DNA from: Squalus acanthias
Taxonomy: Eukaryota
NCBI GenBank assembly: GCA_030390025.1
Contig: CM059431.1
Location: 144,090,001-144,154,000, forward strand
Direction: 5' to 3'
Length of the DNA: 64,000 nucleotides
The notes under the pieces are model-generated. The model had not been told where the DNA came from. It worked only from the letters and a program-made list of their open reading frames with translations, and ran no database searches. Below, one piece after another: positions 13,177-24,596 of this stretch. Position numbers and translations under genes: made by a program. Numbering within the stretch: position 1 is the stretch's first letter; the number at the start of each line of letters is the position of its first letter.

Positions 13177-13560
13177 CTGGCATTGCAGGGGGTACAGCAC
13201 TGAGTCAGCAGAATGTTAACGGGGCTTAGAAGATTAAATTATGATGACAGATTGCAATAACCTGAATTCCATTCCTGTGAGTATAGAAGATTCATCGGTT
13301 ATTTCGTCAATTTGTTAAAATGTAAAATGAATTGTTAGGGCAGATATACGGAGAAAGAATTTACTCTGTTGGGGGGAAACAGAAACAAGGGAACATTATC
13401 TTAAAATTAGATTTAGGTCATTTAGGAGCGAACTCATGAAGAACCTTTTCACACAAATAAATCCGGATTCCAGTCCTCAGAAATAATGAGGAAGCCAGGA
13501 CAGTTGTAGCTATCAAGACTGAGGAAACAAATTCACGCTTTCTTGCAACGAATCGAAATA
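13177..13560 (+). mobile_element. Degraded CR1 3' fragment
   Basis: Similar to 15050-15400 and to other CR1 3' ends in the window. Confidence 0.6.
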
Positions 13561-13564
13561 TATT

Positions 13565-14268
13565 GGCCCAGAAATCGCCTCTCTGGCTTGCCCCGGGGGT
13601 AAGGATCACGCGCGCTCTTACCTACCGTGCCTGCCGTTGTGTTTTGGGCCCACGGGAATTTCAGCTCCTGGTCCTGCTCCAAGAGCCAGCGCGCAGTGCT
13701 TGTGTGTCCCAGGGGCGCAGTTAGTGCGATGCTTCCCCTGGGATCACGTGGGCCATGGAGAGCCAATGGCAGCAGACCTGTCAAATATGTGAATTGAAAT
13801 CGGCCCCAAAGGAACAGCTAAACTTAAAATATATTTTTTTAATAACATCACATTTATAAAATAACTATAGTTAAATAAATTAACCACTTTAAAGAAAAAT
13901 TTAAATTTTTGAAAAAATTTAAATACTTTTTAAAAGTGATAAAAATAACCTTACCTTTCTTTAAAGTATCTAAAAAAGATAAACCTGTTGAAATTTTTTT
14001 TAAATTATACTTAATTAACCACTTACATTTTAATAGCGTACTTTCTTCAATACATACCCTCGCATAGAAACCTGAAAAAAAATCTAAGTTTGCTGCGTGC
14101 GTGCAGCCTCTAACGCGCACGCGGTTCACGAGGAACCGCCCCCTTCACCATAGCGGAGGTTCCGGTTTCCAGCGCATGCGCAGTGCATGCAGGAAACCGG
14201 TACTTCGGGACGTATTACGGGCGAGTACGGAGTGTGTACACACCCTGGAAGGGCCGAATTTTTGGCCC
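13565..14268. mobile_element. Non-autonomous DNA transposon (MITE, PIF/Harbinger-like)
   Basis: Imperfect TIR GGCCCAGAAAT / ATTTTTGGCCC, 3-bp ATT duplication, AT-rich core; empty site visible in the sister tandem unit near 15400. Confidence 0.7.
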
Positions 14269-14370
14269 ATTAATCTGCATTGTTGAGACGGCAGAAATGC
14301 GCATTGCGAATTGCTCTTGTTTTATGGGGATGCATGAAAGTAGGAATTGAGAACCTTGATATCGAAGCAG

Positions 14371-14442
14371 CGCCCCATCAAGAACATGAACCTTGGACCC
14401 TCAGAGTAAAAGTTGATGCTGGGTCGACTGAGCAATCCGGGC
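14371..14442 (-). tRNA. tRNA-Lys(UUU) pseudogene, degenerate
   Basis: GCCCGGATTGCTCAGTCGACCCAGCATCAACTTTTACTCTGAGGGTCCAAGGTTCATGTTCTTGATGGGGCG versus canonical vertebrate tRNA-Lys-TTT; broken D and T arms. Confidence 0.75.
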
Positions 14443-14629
14443 TCTTACGGGCAAACGTGAAACAGCGACCTTCATTGGCGGACATGGAACATTACTCACT
14501 CCACATTTCACATGTCTTTCTGCAGTAATTGAGCCTGTGCATTGATTTGTATCACACACACTCAAACTGACTGGCTCCCACTGGCGTCACATCACAAATA
14601 CTCTCACTCCCACCAACTACACGCTCTTT

Positions 14630-15370
14630 AACAGCGGTCTCTGGTGTGAAATGTGCTGATTCCCAGGGTTGTGCACTGGGGCCTCAAATTTTCACTATAT
14701 TTATTAGTGACTTGGATGAAGCAATAGGGAGCTTTATTGCCAAGTTTGAAAACGACACTAAGTTAGGACCGACAGGAAGTAGTAGTAATGAGAACAGGAA
14801 GTTATAAAGGGACACAGAAAGATTAAGTGAGTTGACAAAACTATATCAACTGGAGTTCATTGTCGGCAAGTCTGAGGTCAGCCACTTTGAAACAAAGAAT
14901 GATAAACCGGAGTATTTTCTAAATGGTGGGACGCCACACACTGTGGCACTGGAATACAATGTATGTGAGGTTCCAGTTGTATAGAACCTCCATAAGTCCC
15001 ATCGGGTGTATTGCATTGAATTTTGGGCACCACATCTCAGGAAGGATATAACGGCCGTGTAGGGGGTGCTGCACAGATTCAGCAAAATAATACTGGGCTT
15101 AGCGGGTTAAATTATGAGGCATCAACCTGCTCTTATTCCATTGGGTATAGAATATTGTTTGATGATCAGATAGCAGTGTTAAAATGTTTAATTTTTTTGA
15201 TATACGGAGAAACTATTCCCTCTGGCGGGGAATCAAAAGCAGGGGAAATAATCTTAAAGTTAGTTCTAGGCCATTCTGGAGCGAGATTTTGAAGCACTTT
15301 ATCACACAAAGGGTAATTAGAAATCTGGATCTCAGTCCTCAAAAAGACTGGAATCTAGGATACTTTGAGC
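14630..15370 (+). mobile_element. Degraded CR1 fragment in tandem unit
   Basis: PQG..LGPQIF..FISDL, KFENDTKL-like remnants. Confidence 0.7.
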
Positions 15371-15502
15371 TTTAAAGACTGAGAAAGAATCAGGAATGTA
15401 TTAATCTGGTTGTTTGAGCCAGCGGGAAAGATCATCGTGAATTGCTCGTTCTTTATGGGCCTGCATGAAAGTGGAAATTGAGAATATTGACTAAAAAAGC
15501 AT

Positions 15503-15575
15503 CGCCCGAACACGGACTTGAATCCTGGACCTGAGATCAAAAGTCTGATGCTCTACCGACTCAGCAGTTTCGGTC
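15503..15575 (-). tRNA. tRNA-Lys(UUU)-derived copy, probably a pseudogene
   Basis: GACCGAAACTGCTGAGTCGGTAGAGCATCAGACTTTTGATCTCAGGTCCAGGATTCAAGTCCGTGTTCGGGCG followed by a T6 Pol III terminator; mismatches in acceptor stem, T arm and position 37. Confidence 0.8.
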
Positions 15576-15749
15576 ATAACAGTGACAGTAACTGGCTGAC
15601 ACGCAACATTACACCGGCTACATTTTACATTCCCTTCTGCAGTAATCCCGTCTGTACAGTGCATTTCGATCACGCACCCAGACTGGCTACATCCAACCGG
15701 CTTCACTAAACAAACACTCGCCCTCCCAATTATTGCATGCTCTTGAACA

Positions 15750-16275
15750 GCTGCCTCTGATACGATTAGTGCTATTTCCCAGGGATCTGTACTGGGGACT
15801 CAAATTTTCATCATATCGATTAATTACTTGGATGAAGCAATCGGAAGTTGCATATCCAAGTTTGAAGATGACCCTAAGTTAGGAGGGACAGTGATTAGTG
15901 AAAATGGGTATGGGTAGTTATAAGAGACACAGTCAGATTAAGTTAGTGGGTAAAACGATATCAAATAGAGCAAGCGTGATATCAACCACTTTGAAACCAA
16001 GACAGAACATTCATTGTAGTTTCTAAATATTGGAAACCCAGAATCTGTAGAGAAGCAAAGAGATTTGGAAGTCCAAGTTCTTAAATCATTAAAACCATTA
16101 GAAATGTAGAGAAACAATGTAAAATGTTAATGGATTGTAGTCCTTTTTCTCAAAGCCGGTGGAGTACAATGGATGTAATGCATCAGTTGTATAGAACTTT
16201 GCTCAGTCCCATCTGATGCATTGCGTTCAGCTTTGTTCACCACATCTCAAGAAGGATATATGCATCCAGCACGAG
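15750..16275 (+). mobile_element. Degraded CR1 fragment, second tandem copy
   Basis: Parallels 14630-15050 at about 1.13-kb offset. Confidence 0.7.
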
Positions 16276-16395
16276 TACCAGATACTTTCCGCACCACGAT
16301 TCCATAAAACAGTCTAAGTAGTGAACCGCTAAATCATACTGCGCAATAATGTCGCAGGTTCGACCTGGGCTTAAAATTCCTTGAGGGGAAAAACG

Positions 16396-16840
16396 GGAGA
16401 GCCGTGGCTCAGTTGGTCGCAGTTTCGCCTTTGAGTCAGGAGGTTGTGGGTTCAAGTCATGTTCCATAGAGATTTGAGCACAAATTTCCGGACTGACACT
16501 CCAGTGCAGTATAGAGGGAACGCATCACTGTTGGAGGTGCTGTCTTTCGAATGAGATGTTAAACCAAAGCCTTGTCTGTTCTCTGAGGTGGAGGAAAAGT
16601 ATCCATGACAATATTGTCCTGGCAAATATTTATGCCTCGATCCACATCACTAAACTGAGATTATCAGGTTACTATCACATTAATGATTGTGGTATCTTGC
16701 TGTGCGCAAATTGGCTGCCACGTTTTCTACTTTACAACAGTGACTACACTTCACTTCAAAAGTACTTCAGTGGCTGTAAAGTGCTTCGGGAATTCCTGAG
16801 ATCGTGAAAAGCGTTATATAAATGCAAGTCTTTCTTTTTT
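16396..16840 (+). mobile_element. tRNA-headed DeuSINE (SacSINE1-like)
   Basis: A/B boxes TGGCTCAGTTGG and GGTTCAAGTC, Deu core GATGTTAAACCAAAGCC, tail ATAAATGCAAGTCTTTCTTT. Confidence 0.8.
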
Positions 16841-17254
16841 TTATCGCCATGCTCCTCAAATTCTGGCAACTTGCTCATACCCGATTTCCTAGGTTCTAAA
16901 TTTTGAAATACCTTTCCCGAACTTCTCCAACTCTCTCTCTCTACTTTATGGCGCGAGTTAATCCCTAAGCCTTTGCCCGATCACAGGGACAGCTGGGTAA
17001 CTGTTCTCTACTAATAGAACCTAAACTAACGAGTTTACCACGTTAGGCAGGGCTCGGTCTGTGCTGTGGAGATGTTGGAAAATGGCAGCTCCGAAAGGGG
17101 TTGCGTTAATGGTAATAGAGCGAGGGTGTGACGCCTCACTTTATTATCCCACTGTCTAGATTATCTACCTTGCTGAAGGAGAATAAACCCTTGATTGCCC
17201 GCCGGAACAATGAGAGGACTGACCACTAACGGGAGCGTGATGGTAAGCATCCAG

Positions 17255-18490
17255 ATGTGCAGAACACTCCCCCTTTCATGGGAGGGATCAAGATGTGGAG
17301 AACACTGCCCCTTTAATGGGAAGGATCCAGATGCGGAGAACACTGCCCTTTGATGGGAAGGATCCAGATATGGAGAACAATTCACCTTTACTAGGATGAA
17401 TACAGATGTGGTGAACACTGCCTGTTTGATGGGAATGAAACAGATGGTGAGCACACTGCACCTTTAATCCTAAGGATCCAGATGTGCAGAATACTCCCAC
17501 TTTGATGGGAAGGATCCAGATATGAAGAACATTCCGCCTTTGATGGGAAGTATCCAGATGTGTAGAACACTCCCCCTTTGGTGGGTAGGATCCAGATGTG
17601 AGAACACTGCCCCTTTGATGGGAAGGATGCAGATGTGGAGAACACTGCCCCTTTGATGGGTAGGATCCAGATGTGAGAGCACTGCCTCTTTGATGGGAAG
17701 GATCCAGATATGGAGAACACTGCCCATTTGGGGAGAAGGATCCAGATGAGTGGAACACTGCCCCTTTGATGGGAAGGATCCAGATGTGGAGAACACTCAC
17801 ACTTTGGTGGGAAGGATCCGCATTTGGAGGAAACTCCCCCTTTGGTGGGTAGGATCCAGATGTGGAGAACACTCACCCTTTGAGGGGAAGCATCCAGATG
17901 TGGTTAACACTCACCCTTTGATGGGAAGGATACAGATGTGGAGAATATTCGCCCTTTGATGGGAAGGATTCAGATGTGGAGAACACTATCGCTTTAATGG
18001 GAAGAATACTGATGCATAGAACACTGCCTGTTTGATGGGAAGAATCCAGATCTGGAGAACACTCCCCCTTTTATGGGAAGGATTCAGATGTGAAAAACAC
18101 TATCCCTTTGATGGGAAGGATTCAGATGTGGAGAACACTGTCCCTTTAATGGGGAGGATCCAGATGTGGAGAACACCACCCCTTTGATGGGAAGGATCCA
18201 GATGTGGAGAACATTCCGCCTTTGATACGAAGGATCCTGATATGGAGAACACTATCCCTTTAATGGGGAGGATCCAGATGTGGAGAACATTCCACCTTTG
18301 ATGCGAAGGATCCAGATGTGGAGAACACTATCCCTTTGATTGGAAGGATCCAGATGTGGAGAACACTCCCCCTTTGATGAGAAGGAGTCAGATGATGAGA
18401 ACACTCCACCTTTGATGCGAAGGATCCAGATATGGTGAATACTCCCACTTCGATGGGAAGGATCCAGACGTGGAGCACACTCCCCCTAAT
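17255..18490. repeat. 38-bp minisatellite
   Basis: Unit GATGGGAAGGATCCAGATGTGGAGAACACTGCCCCTTT, about 32 copies. Confidence 0.95.
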
Positions 18491-18899
18491 GGATGAGGCC
18501 AGTTCAAGCTCGCACTGATATGCTGAATATCGGAGTGCTCTGTACAAGTAGCGCATGGGCTTCACCTGCCAAGGCAAAATAACGACTTTACACTGAAACC
18601 CCGCCTGGTGGTTAGAAAACCGAGAGACCCCGATTTCTTGGTCAAACTCTCTATCTCCCTCTCCTTATATAAGACGCTCCATAACATCTACAAAATTGAT
18701 CAAGCTTTTGGTTACTTGTCCGAATATCTCCTTATGTGGCTCAGTTTCAATTCTTTTCTGCTCTCACTCCTTTGAAGCGGCCAGGTCCAGTCACATTCGG
18801 CTGCGAGAAATGAAATACTTGGACTGCCGCAAGATGAAAAAATAGTGAAAGCATTTACCACAAATATTCTCATTAATCAAGAATTAAAGTCGGAAGTTC

Positions 18900-19625
18900 A
18901 AAAGCAACAAGTGACATTTATATAGCGCCTATAACACAATAAAACATCTACTGGCGCTTCACAGAAACCTGGTCCGATGAATATCGAGCCCGATCCAAAG
19001 AGCACTTCTCGTGGGAGGTGAGGACGGTGGGAGCGTTGGGAAAGAGTTTAAAGAGTTTCAGTTCGCATTGGAGACAATAAGCTCGGGGGTAACTTGGCTC
19101 TCCAGGGTGACCCTGGAAAAATGAACAGCGGAGAGCAGGGCCCGATAGTGCTTGATGTGGTCCAAGGAGACCTGCCGATGGATGGCTGAACCAGGTGTGC
19201 GCCGGATATGTTTAATCCGGTCGGCTAGGAATTGACTGAGTGAAGATGGGGCCATGCCAGAACGAATGACGTCTGTAGGAGAGAGTAAGGATTTTACTGT
19301 GGGCCAGGTCATCAAACGAGCAGGAGCATATCGAAAGCAACAGAAGGATCGTGGCGAATGAGGAGCCAACGGCTGGAACGTTGGCAGCCTGAAAGTGCAA
19401 TTATAAATTATTTAGCAGAGAGTTGGTTGTAGCGGCAGAGACATAACAGAAGCGACTGAGGAATGTGGGTTGTCAGGGATGCGTGGAAGTGATTGGGGAT
19501 GACCAAGTCAGTTATAGAGCCAATAAGAGCTAAGCGGCCAGTAAAATGGCAAAGTCGAGATGTTGGTCGTCAATATGGATAGAAGACTTTATAGGAGAAA
19601 CATTGAGGGATAGCAGGAGGGCAGT
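18900..19625 (-). mobile_element. L2-like LINE fragments
   Basis: L2-type 3' end (CATTTATATAGCGCCT...) and degenerate ORF (DHIKHYRALLSA...HFSRV.LESQ..P). Confidence 0.55.
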
Positions 19626-19639
19626 TGGAATAGGATCAC

Positions 19640-20345
19640 CACAAGTAACATTCGATTAGGGTCACCACAAATACTGTTAGAATGGAGTCACCATGAACAA
19701 TGTTAGTGTAAGGTCGACACCAGTAATGTTAGAATAGAGTCACCACCAGTAATGTTAGTGTATGGCCAACACCAGTAATGTTAGAGTAGAGTCACAAACA
19801 GTAATGTTAGAGTAGAGTCACCACCAGTAATGTAAGAGTAGAGTCACAACCGGTAATGTTAGAGTAGAGTCACCACCAGTAATGTTAGAGTAGAGTCACC
19901 ACCAGTAATGTTAGAGTAGAGTCACCACCAGTAATGTTAGAGTAGAGTCACCACCAGTAATTTTAGAGCAGAGTCACAACCAGTAATGTTAGAGTAGGGC
20001 CACCACCAATAATGTTAGCATAGGTTCACCACCAGTATTGTTTGAGTAGGGTCAGCATCAGTAATGTTAGTGAAGAGGGTAGGATCACCAACAGTAATGT
20101 TACAGTGAGTCGCCACCAATAATGTTAGAGTAGGTTCAACACCAGTAATGTTAGAGTAGAGTCAACACCAGTAATGTTAGTGTAGGGTCACCAGCAATAA
20201 TGTTTGAGTAGGGTCACCACCAGTAATAGTAGATTAGAATCTCCAAAAATAATATTAGAATAATGTAAGAATAAAGTGACCAAAACTAATTTTAGAATAT
20301 TATTACAACGAGCAAATTTCGAGAGGGGTCATCGACACTCATGTT
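19640..20345. repeat. 26-bp minisatellite, distal part of the gene 2 array
   Basis: Unit AGAGTCACCACCAGTAATGTTAGAGT, reverse complement of the array at 1537. Confidence 0.9.
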
Positions 20346-21315
20346 AGTGTCCTAGGCCCAATCATCTTCAGCTGCTTCATAAATGACGTTCCCTCTAACA
20401 TAAGGTCAGAAATGGGAATGTTCGCTAATGACTGCAGTGTTCAGCGCCATTCACAAATTCTCAGATAATGAAGCAGTCCATGCCCGCATGCAACAAGACC
20501 TGGACGATGTTCCGGCTTGTGCTGATAAGTGGCAGGTAACATTCGCGCCACAGAAGTGCCAGGCAATAACTATCTCCAACAAGCGAGGGGCTAACCACCT
20601 CCACTTGACATTCAATGGCATTGCAATCGCCGAATCCCCCACTATCAACATCCTGGGGGGTCCAGAAACTTAACTGGACCAGCCACATAAATACTGTGGC
20701 TACAAGAGCAGGTCAGAGGCTAGGTTTTCTGCGGCGAGTGTCTCACCTCTGACTCTCCAAAGCATTTCCACCATCCACAAGGTACAAGTAAGGAGTGTGA
20801 AGGAATACTCTCCACTTGCCTGGATGAGTGCAGCTCCAACAACAGTCAATAAGCTCGACACCATCCAGGACAAAGCAGCCCGCTTGATTGGCACCCCATC
20901 CACCACCTTAAATATTCACTCCCTGCACCACCGGCGTACCGTGGCTGCAGTGTGTACCATCTACAACAGGCACCGCAGCAACTCGCCAAGTCTTCATCGG
21001 CAGCACCTCCCAAATCCGCGACCTCTTCCATCTAGAAGGACAAGAGCAGCAGGCGCATTTGAACACCACTACCTCCAAGTGCCCCTCCAAGGCACACACC
21101 ATCCTGACTTAGAAGTATATCGCCGATGCTTCATCGTCGCTGGGTCAAAATCCTGGAACTCCCTACCTAACAGCACTGTGGGAGTACCATCACCACACGG
21201 ACTGCAGTGGTTCAAGACGTCGGCTCACCACCACCTTCTCAAGGGCAACTAGGGGTGACCAGTAAATGCTGGCCTTGCCAGCGACGCCCAGATCCCATAA
21301 ACGAATATATGTTTT
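20346..21315 (+). mobile_element. 5'-truncated CR1/L2-group LINE inserted in the minisatellite
   Basis: Same family as 2735-5690; ORF 20797-21252 EYSPLAWMSAAPTT...HHHLLKGN. Confidence 0.85.
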
Positions 21316-21324
21316 TTTAATATT

Positions 21325-22450
21325 CTTCATCAGTAATGCTAAATTAGGGATACTACCAATAATGAAAGAATCTGGTCAAGAACAATAATTTTCGATAGAT
21401 TCATCAACGGTAATGTTATTGGAAAGTCAACACCAGTAATATTAGCGTACGTTCACCACCAGTATTGGTACATTAGGATCCCCAACAGTAACGTTAGAGT
21501 AGAGTCAAGGGCTGTAATGTTAAAATAGGGACACACTAGAATCGTTAGAGTATGGTCACCACCAGTAATGAGAGGGTAGAATCACAAACAGTACTGTTAG
21601 GGCACGGTTATCAGCAGTAATGTTAGATTAGGGTCAACAGCTTTAATGTTGTGTAGCGGCCTCACCAGTAATGTTAGTGTAGAGTCACCACCAGTAAGGC
21701 TAGTGTAGTGTCACCAGCAGTAATATAAGAGTAGAGACACCACCTGCAATGTTATTGTAGTGTCACCACCAGTAATGTTATTGTAGAGTCACCAACAATA
21801 TTGTTAGAATAGGGTTACCACCAGTAATGTTAGAGTAGGGTCACCATCAGTAATGTTACAGTAGATTCACCACCAGTAATAGTAAAGTAGGGTCACCAGT
21901 AGTACCGTTAGAGTTGGGTCAACAGCATTAATGTTAGTGTAGCGGCCTCACCAGTAATGTTAGGGTAGAGCCACCACCAAAAATGTTAGAGTAGGATCAC
22001 CACCAGTAATGTTAGAGTAGTGTCACTACAAGTAATGTTAGAGTAGGGTCACACCAGTTATGTTAGAGTAATGTCACTGCCAATAATGTTAGAGTAAGGT
22101 TACCTTCTGTAATGTTAGAATAGCGTCACTACCGTTAATGTTCAAGTAGAATCACCTCGAGTACTCTTACAATAGACTGACCACCAGTAATGTTACAGTT
22201 GGATCACCAGCAGTAATGTTAGTGTAGTGTCAACACCAGTAATGTTACAGTAGAGTCATCTTCACTATGAATGTTACAATATGGTCATCTTTGTTAATGT
22301 TAGTATGCTGTCATCACCAGTAATGTTAGAGCGGCGCCATCACCAGTAGTTTTAGAAAGGAGCCATCACCATTAATTTAGCAAGAAGCCATCACCAGTAA
22401 TGTTAGAGAGGAGCCATCCTCAATAATGTTAGACCCGAATATCACCAATT
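21325..22450. repeat. 26-bp minisatellite, proximal part of the gene 2 array
   Basis: GGTCACCACCAGTAATGTTAGAGTAG repeats. Confidence 0.92.
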
Positions 22451-22656
22451 CTCAGTATGAAACAAATTTAAATTATCCAATGGATTAGTGAAGATTTCTG
22501 AAGTTCTCTTAAGCCTTCAGGTGACATGCGCATTCCCTCTGCGATTACTTTCCCTTCACTGATATTAATGGACGGTGTTTCATGAAATGAGCTGCTCAAT
22601 TTCCCCATTAGCGGCCTGGGCGCACTGAACCGGAAAATCGCCCCTTGTTTTTTAAG

Positions 22657-22723
22657 TGACTGTAAATAACGCCAATTATTGTGTAACCTGATTTTCTCAC
22701 AGGAGCACCGATTGTTCTATAAA
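22657..22723 (+). promoter_or_regulatory. GPCR copy 2 proximal promoter motif plus TATAAA
   Basis: TGACTGTAAATAACGCCAATTATTGTGTAACCTGATT 22657-22693, TATAAA 22718. Confidence 0.6.
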
Positions 22724-22798
22724 GGGGGCGCATTTGCGGATCTCAGATGCATTTCATTTGGAACCATAAAGCTGAACTGAATTTACAGTCTTCAAAAA

Positions 22799-24596
22799 AT
22801 GTGGCGGCCAACAATTCTACAGATAACGGCCATTTACTACCCAGTTCTCGCAGCCTTTGGGGCTCCCGGTAAGTCAATGTATCATGTTGTCTCATAGTTG
22901 TTAACTATCTCAGTGTTAATGTCACAGGTTCCTAGAATTTCCTCACTGCAGAGTCACTTTTCCACCGGGATCAGTCGGTGAATATCAACGGGAATTGTAG
23001 CAGTCCGCGCGGCCGCTGAGGCGCTGTTCTATCGGAAGATCGCGGGCACCGGAAGCTCAACGTTACTCCCTATACTGAGGGAGGGCGAGGCTGATTCCCC
23101 GGCCCCTCCAATTGTATATAGATTACTAAATAATGTGTTGCATTGTATCCCTGGTAATCAGCTCATTTATTGCGTTTTCCTGTCTACTTTAAGTTGATAA
23201 TTCCTTGTATTGCAGAGTCCTCCGCCCATCAGAGGACTGTGAAAGATATTTGGAGCAATAAATCCCGCTCAGGCAGCTGCTCCCCTCCCCTCGGCTGCAA
23301 ATAACCTTCGCGGCTCCACCAGCTCCCGCTCTGTTATCGAACAGCTTCCTCGGGGCCATTAGAAGTAGAAAAAGCGCAGAGTTTCGACCTATATCGAATG
23401 TTTGTGTTTCAGCTGAATGTAGTATTTGAATTCATATCTTTCCAGTAATTGTTTGTAAATTATATTTATTAGTTCACGATGTCTGACTGAAGTATGCTGG
23501 AAGGACGGCGGATTTTCAGCCGCTCTATAGCCAATGTTTGATGTTTTCTTTCTTTTAATCAAACTATCGTCACCGCTCGCCTAAATTATAAAGAAATAAT
23601 CCGTGTCTATAACCCTATGTAGGGGCACATCCGAACATTGCCCACAAAAAGCTATGAGATTTATCTCAGTGAACCCGTTACTGACCTCTTGTCTCTCTTT
23701 CTCACAGCGAACGTACTGACAATGGTTATTCTCTGCAAAGGAAATTGCGGCCTTTCCAAATGTATCTGTCTACATGGTGGCCATGGCAACAGCAGATCTA
23801 CTGGTCATTGTCTTACATGTAATAATGTATCATATTTTCAGTCATCACTTTCCATATCATTCCTGAACTACACTGCCGTTTGTAAGTTAAATCTGTATAT
23901 GAATCCTGCTACCCTGGATATGTCGGTGTGGTTCACATTTGACCGATTTGTAGCTATATGTTGTCAGAAGTTTAAAACAAAGTATTGCACAGTGAGAACT
24001 GCGGCCGCGGTTATAACAACGGTCTCTGCCCTGATCTGTTCAGAGAACATCCCCTTTGATTTGCTTATGAACCTGAGCGAATAATTAACAACGTTCCCTT
24101 GGGTTGCAGTTACACTGCGACCTTTTTTACATCGCCTGCAGGTGTAGCGTACACCTGGATCAAAAGTATTTTAGTTGCTTGGCTTGCTTTTGCATTAATA
24201 TTACTTTTTAATTGTTTGACAGTCAGACGTATTTTAATGGCCAGTAGAGCCCGCAGGGGACTCTGGGGTCACAGCAGTGAGAATCATAGCGATCCAGAGA
24301 TGGAGAAGCGAAGGAAATCCATCATTTTACTGTTCACTGTATCGGGCAGTTTTATATTATTGTGATTGACAGCTATCGTTAGTTTTTTGAATAGCAGACT
24401 GACAAACAGCGAACACTACCAACCCGATTATACATCTCCTCCATACATCACCACTGAAACCGGATATATGCTCATGTATTTGAGCTCCTGCATAAACACA
24501 TGTATTTATGCAGCTACACAAACTAAATTCAGGAAAGAGCTGAAAAGGGTGATGAAATCTCCTTGGACATTGATTCTGACATTGATTAAAACATGA
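22799..24596 (+). pseudogene. GPR139-like GPCR copy 2, pseudogene (exons 22799-22868, 23708-24596)
   Basis: Exon 1 MWRPTILQITAIYYPVLAAFGAP, GT/AG intact; exon 2 has a 2-bp deletion near 23767, 1-bp deletions near 23855 and 24058, a 12-bp deletion before DRF and TGG>TGA at 24363. Confidence 0.9.

Noticed and set aside
16396..16470. tRNA gene
   Set aside because: tRNA-derived head of a DeuSINE, continuous with SINE body and tail
17288..17876. Overlapping ORFs in three frames
   Set aside because: Translations of the 38-bp minisatellite
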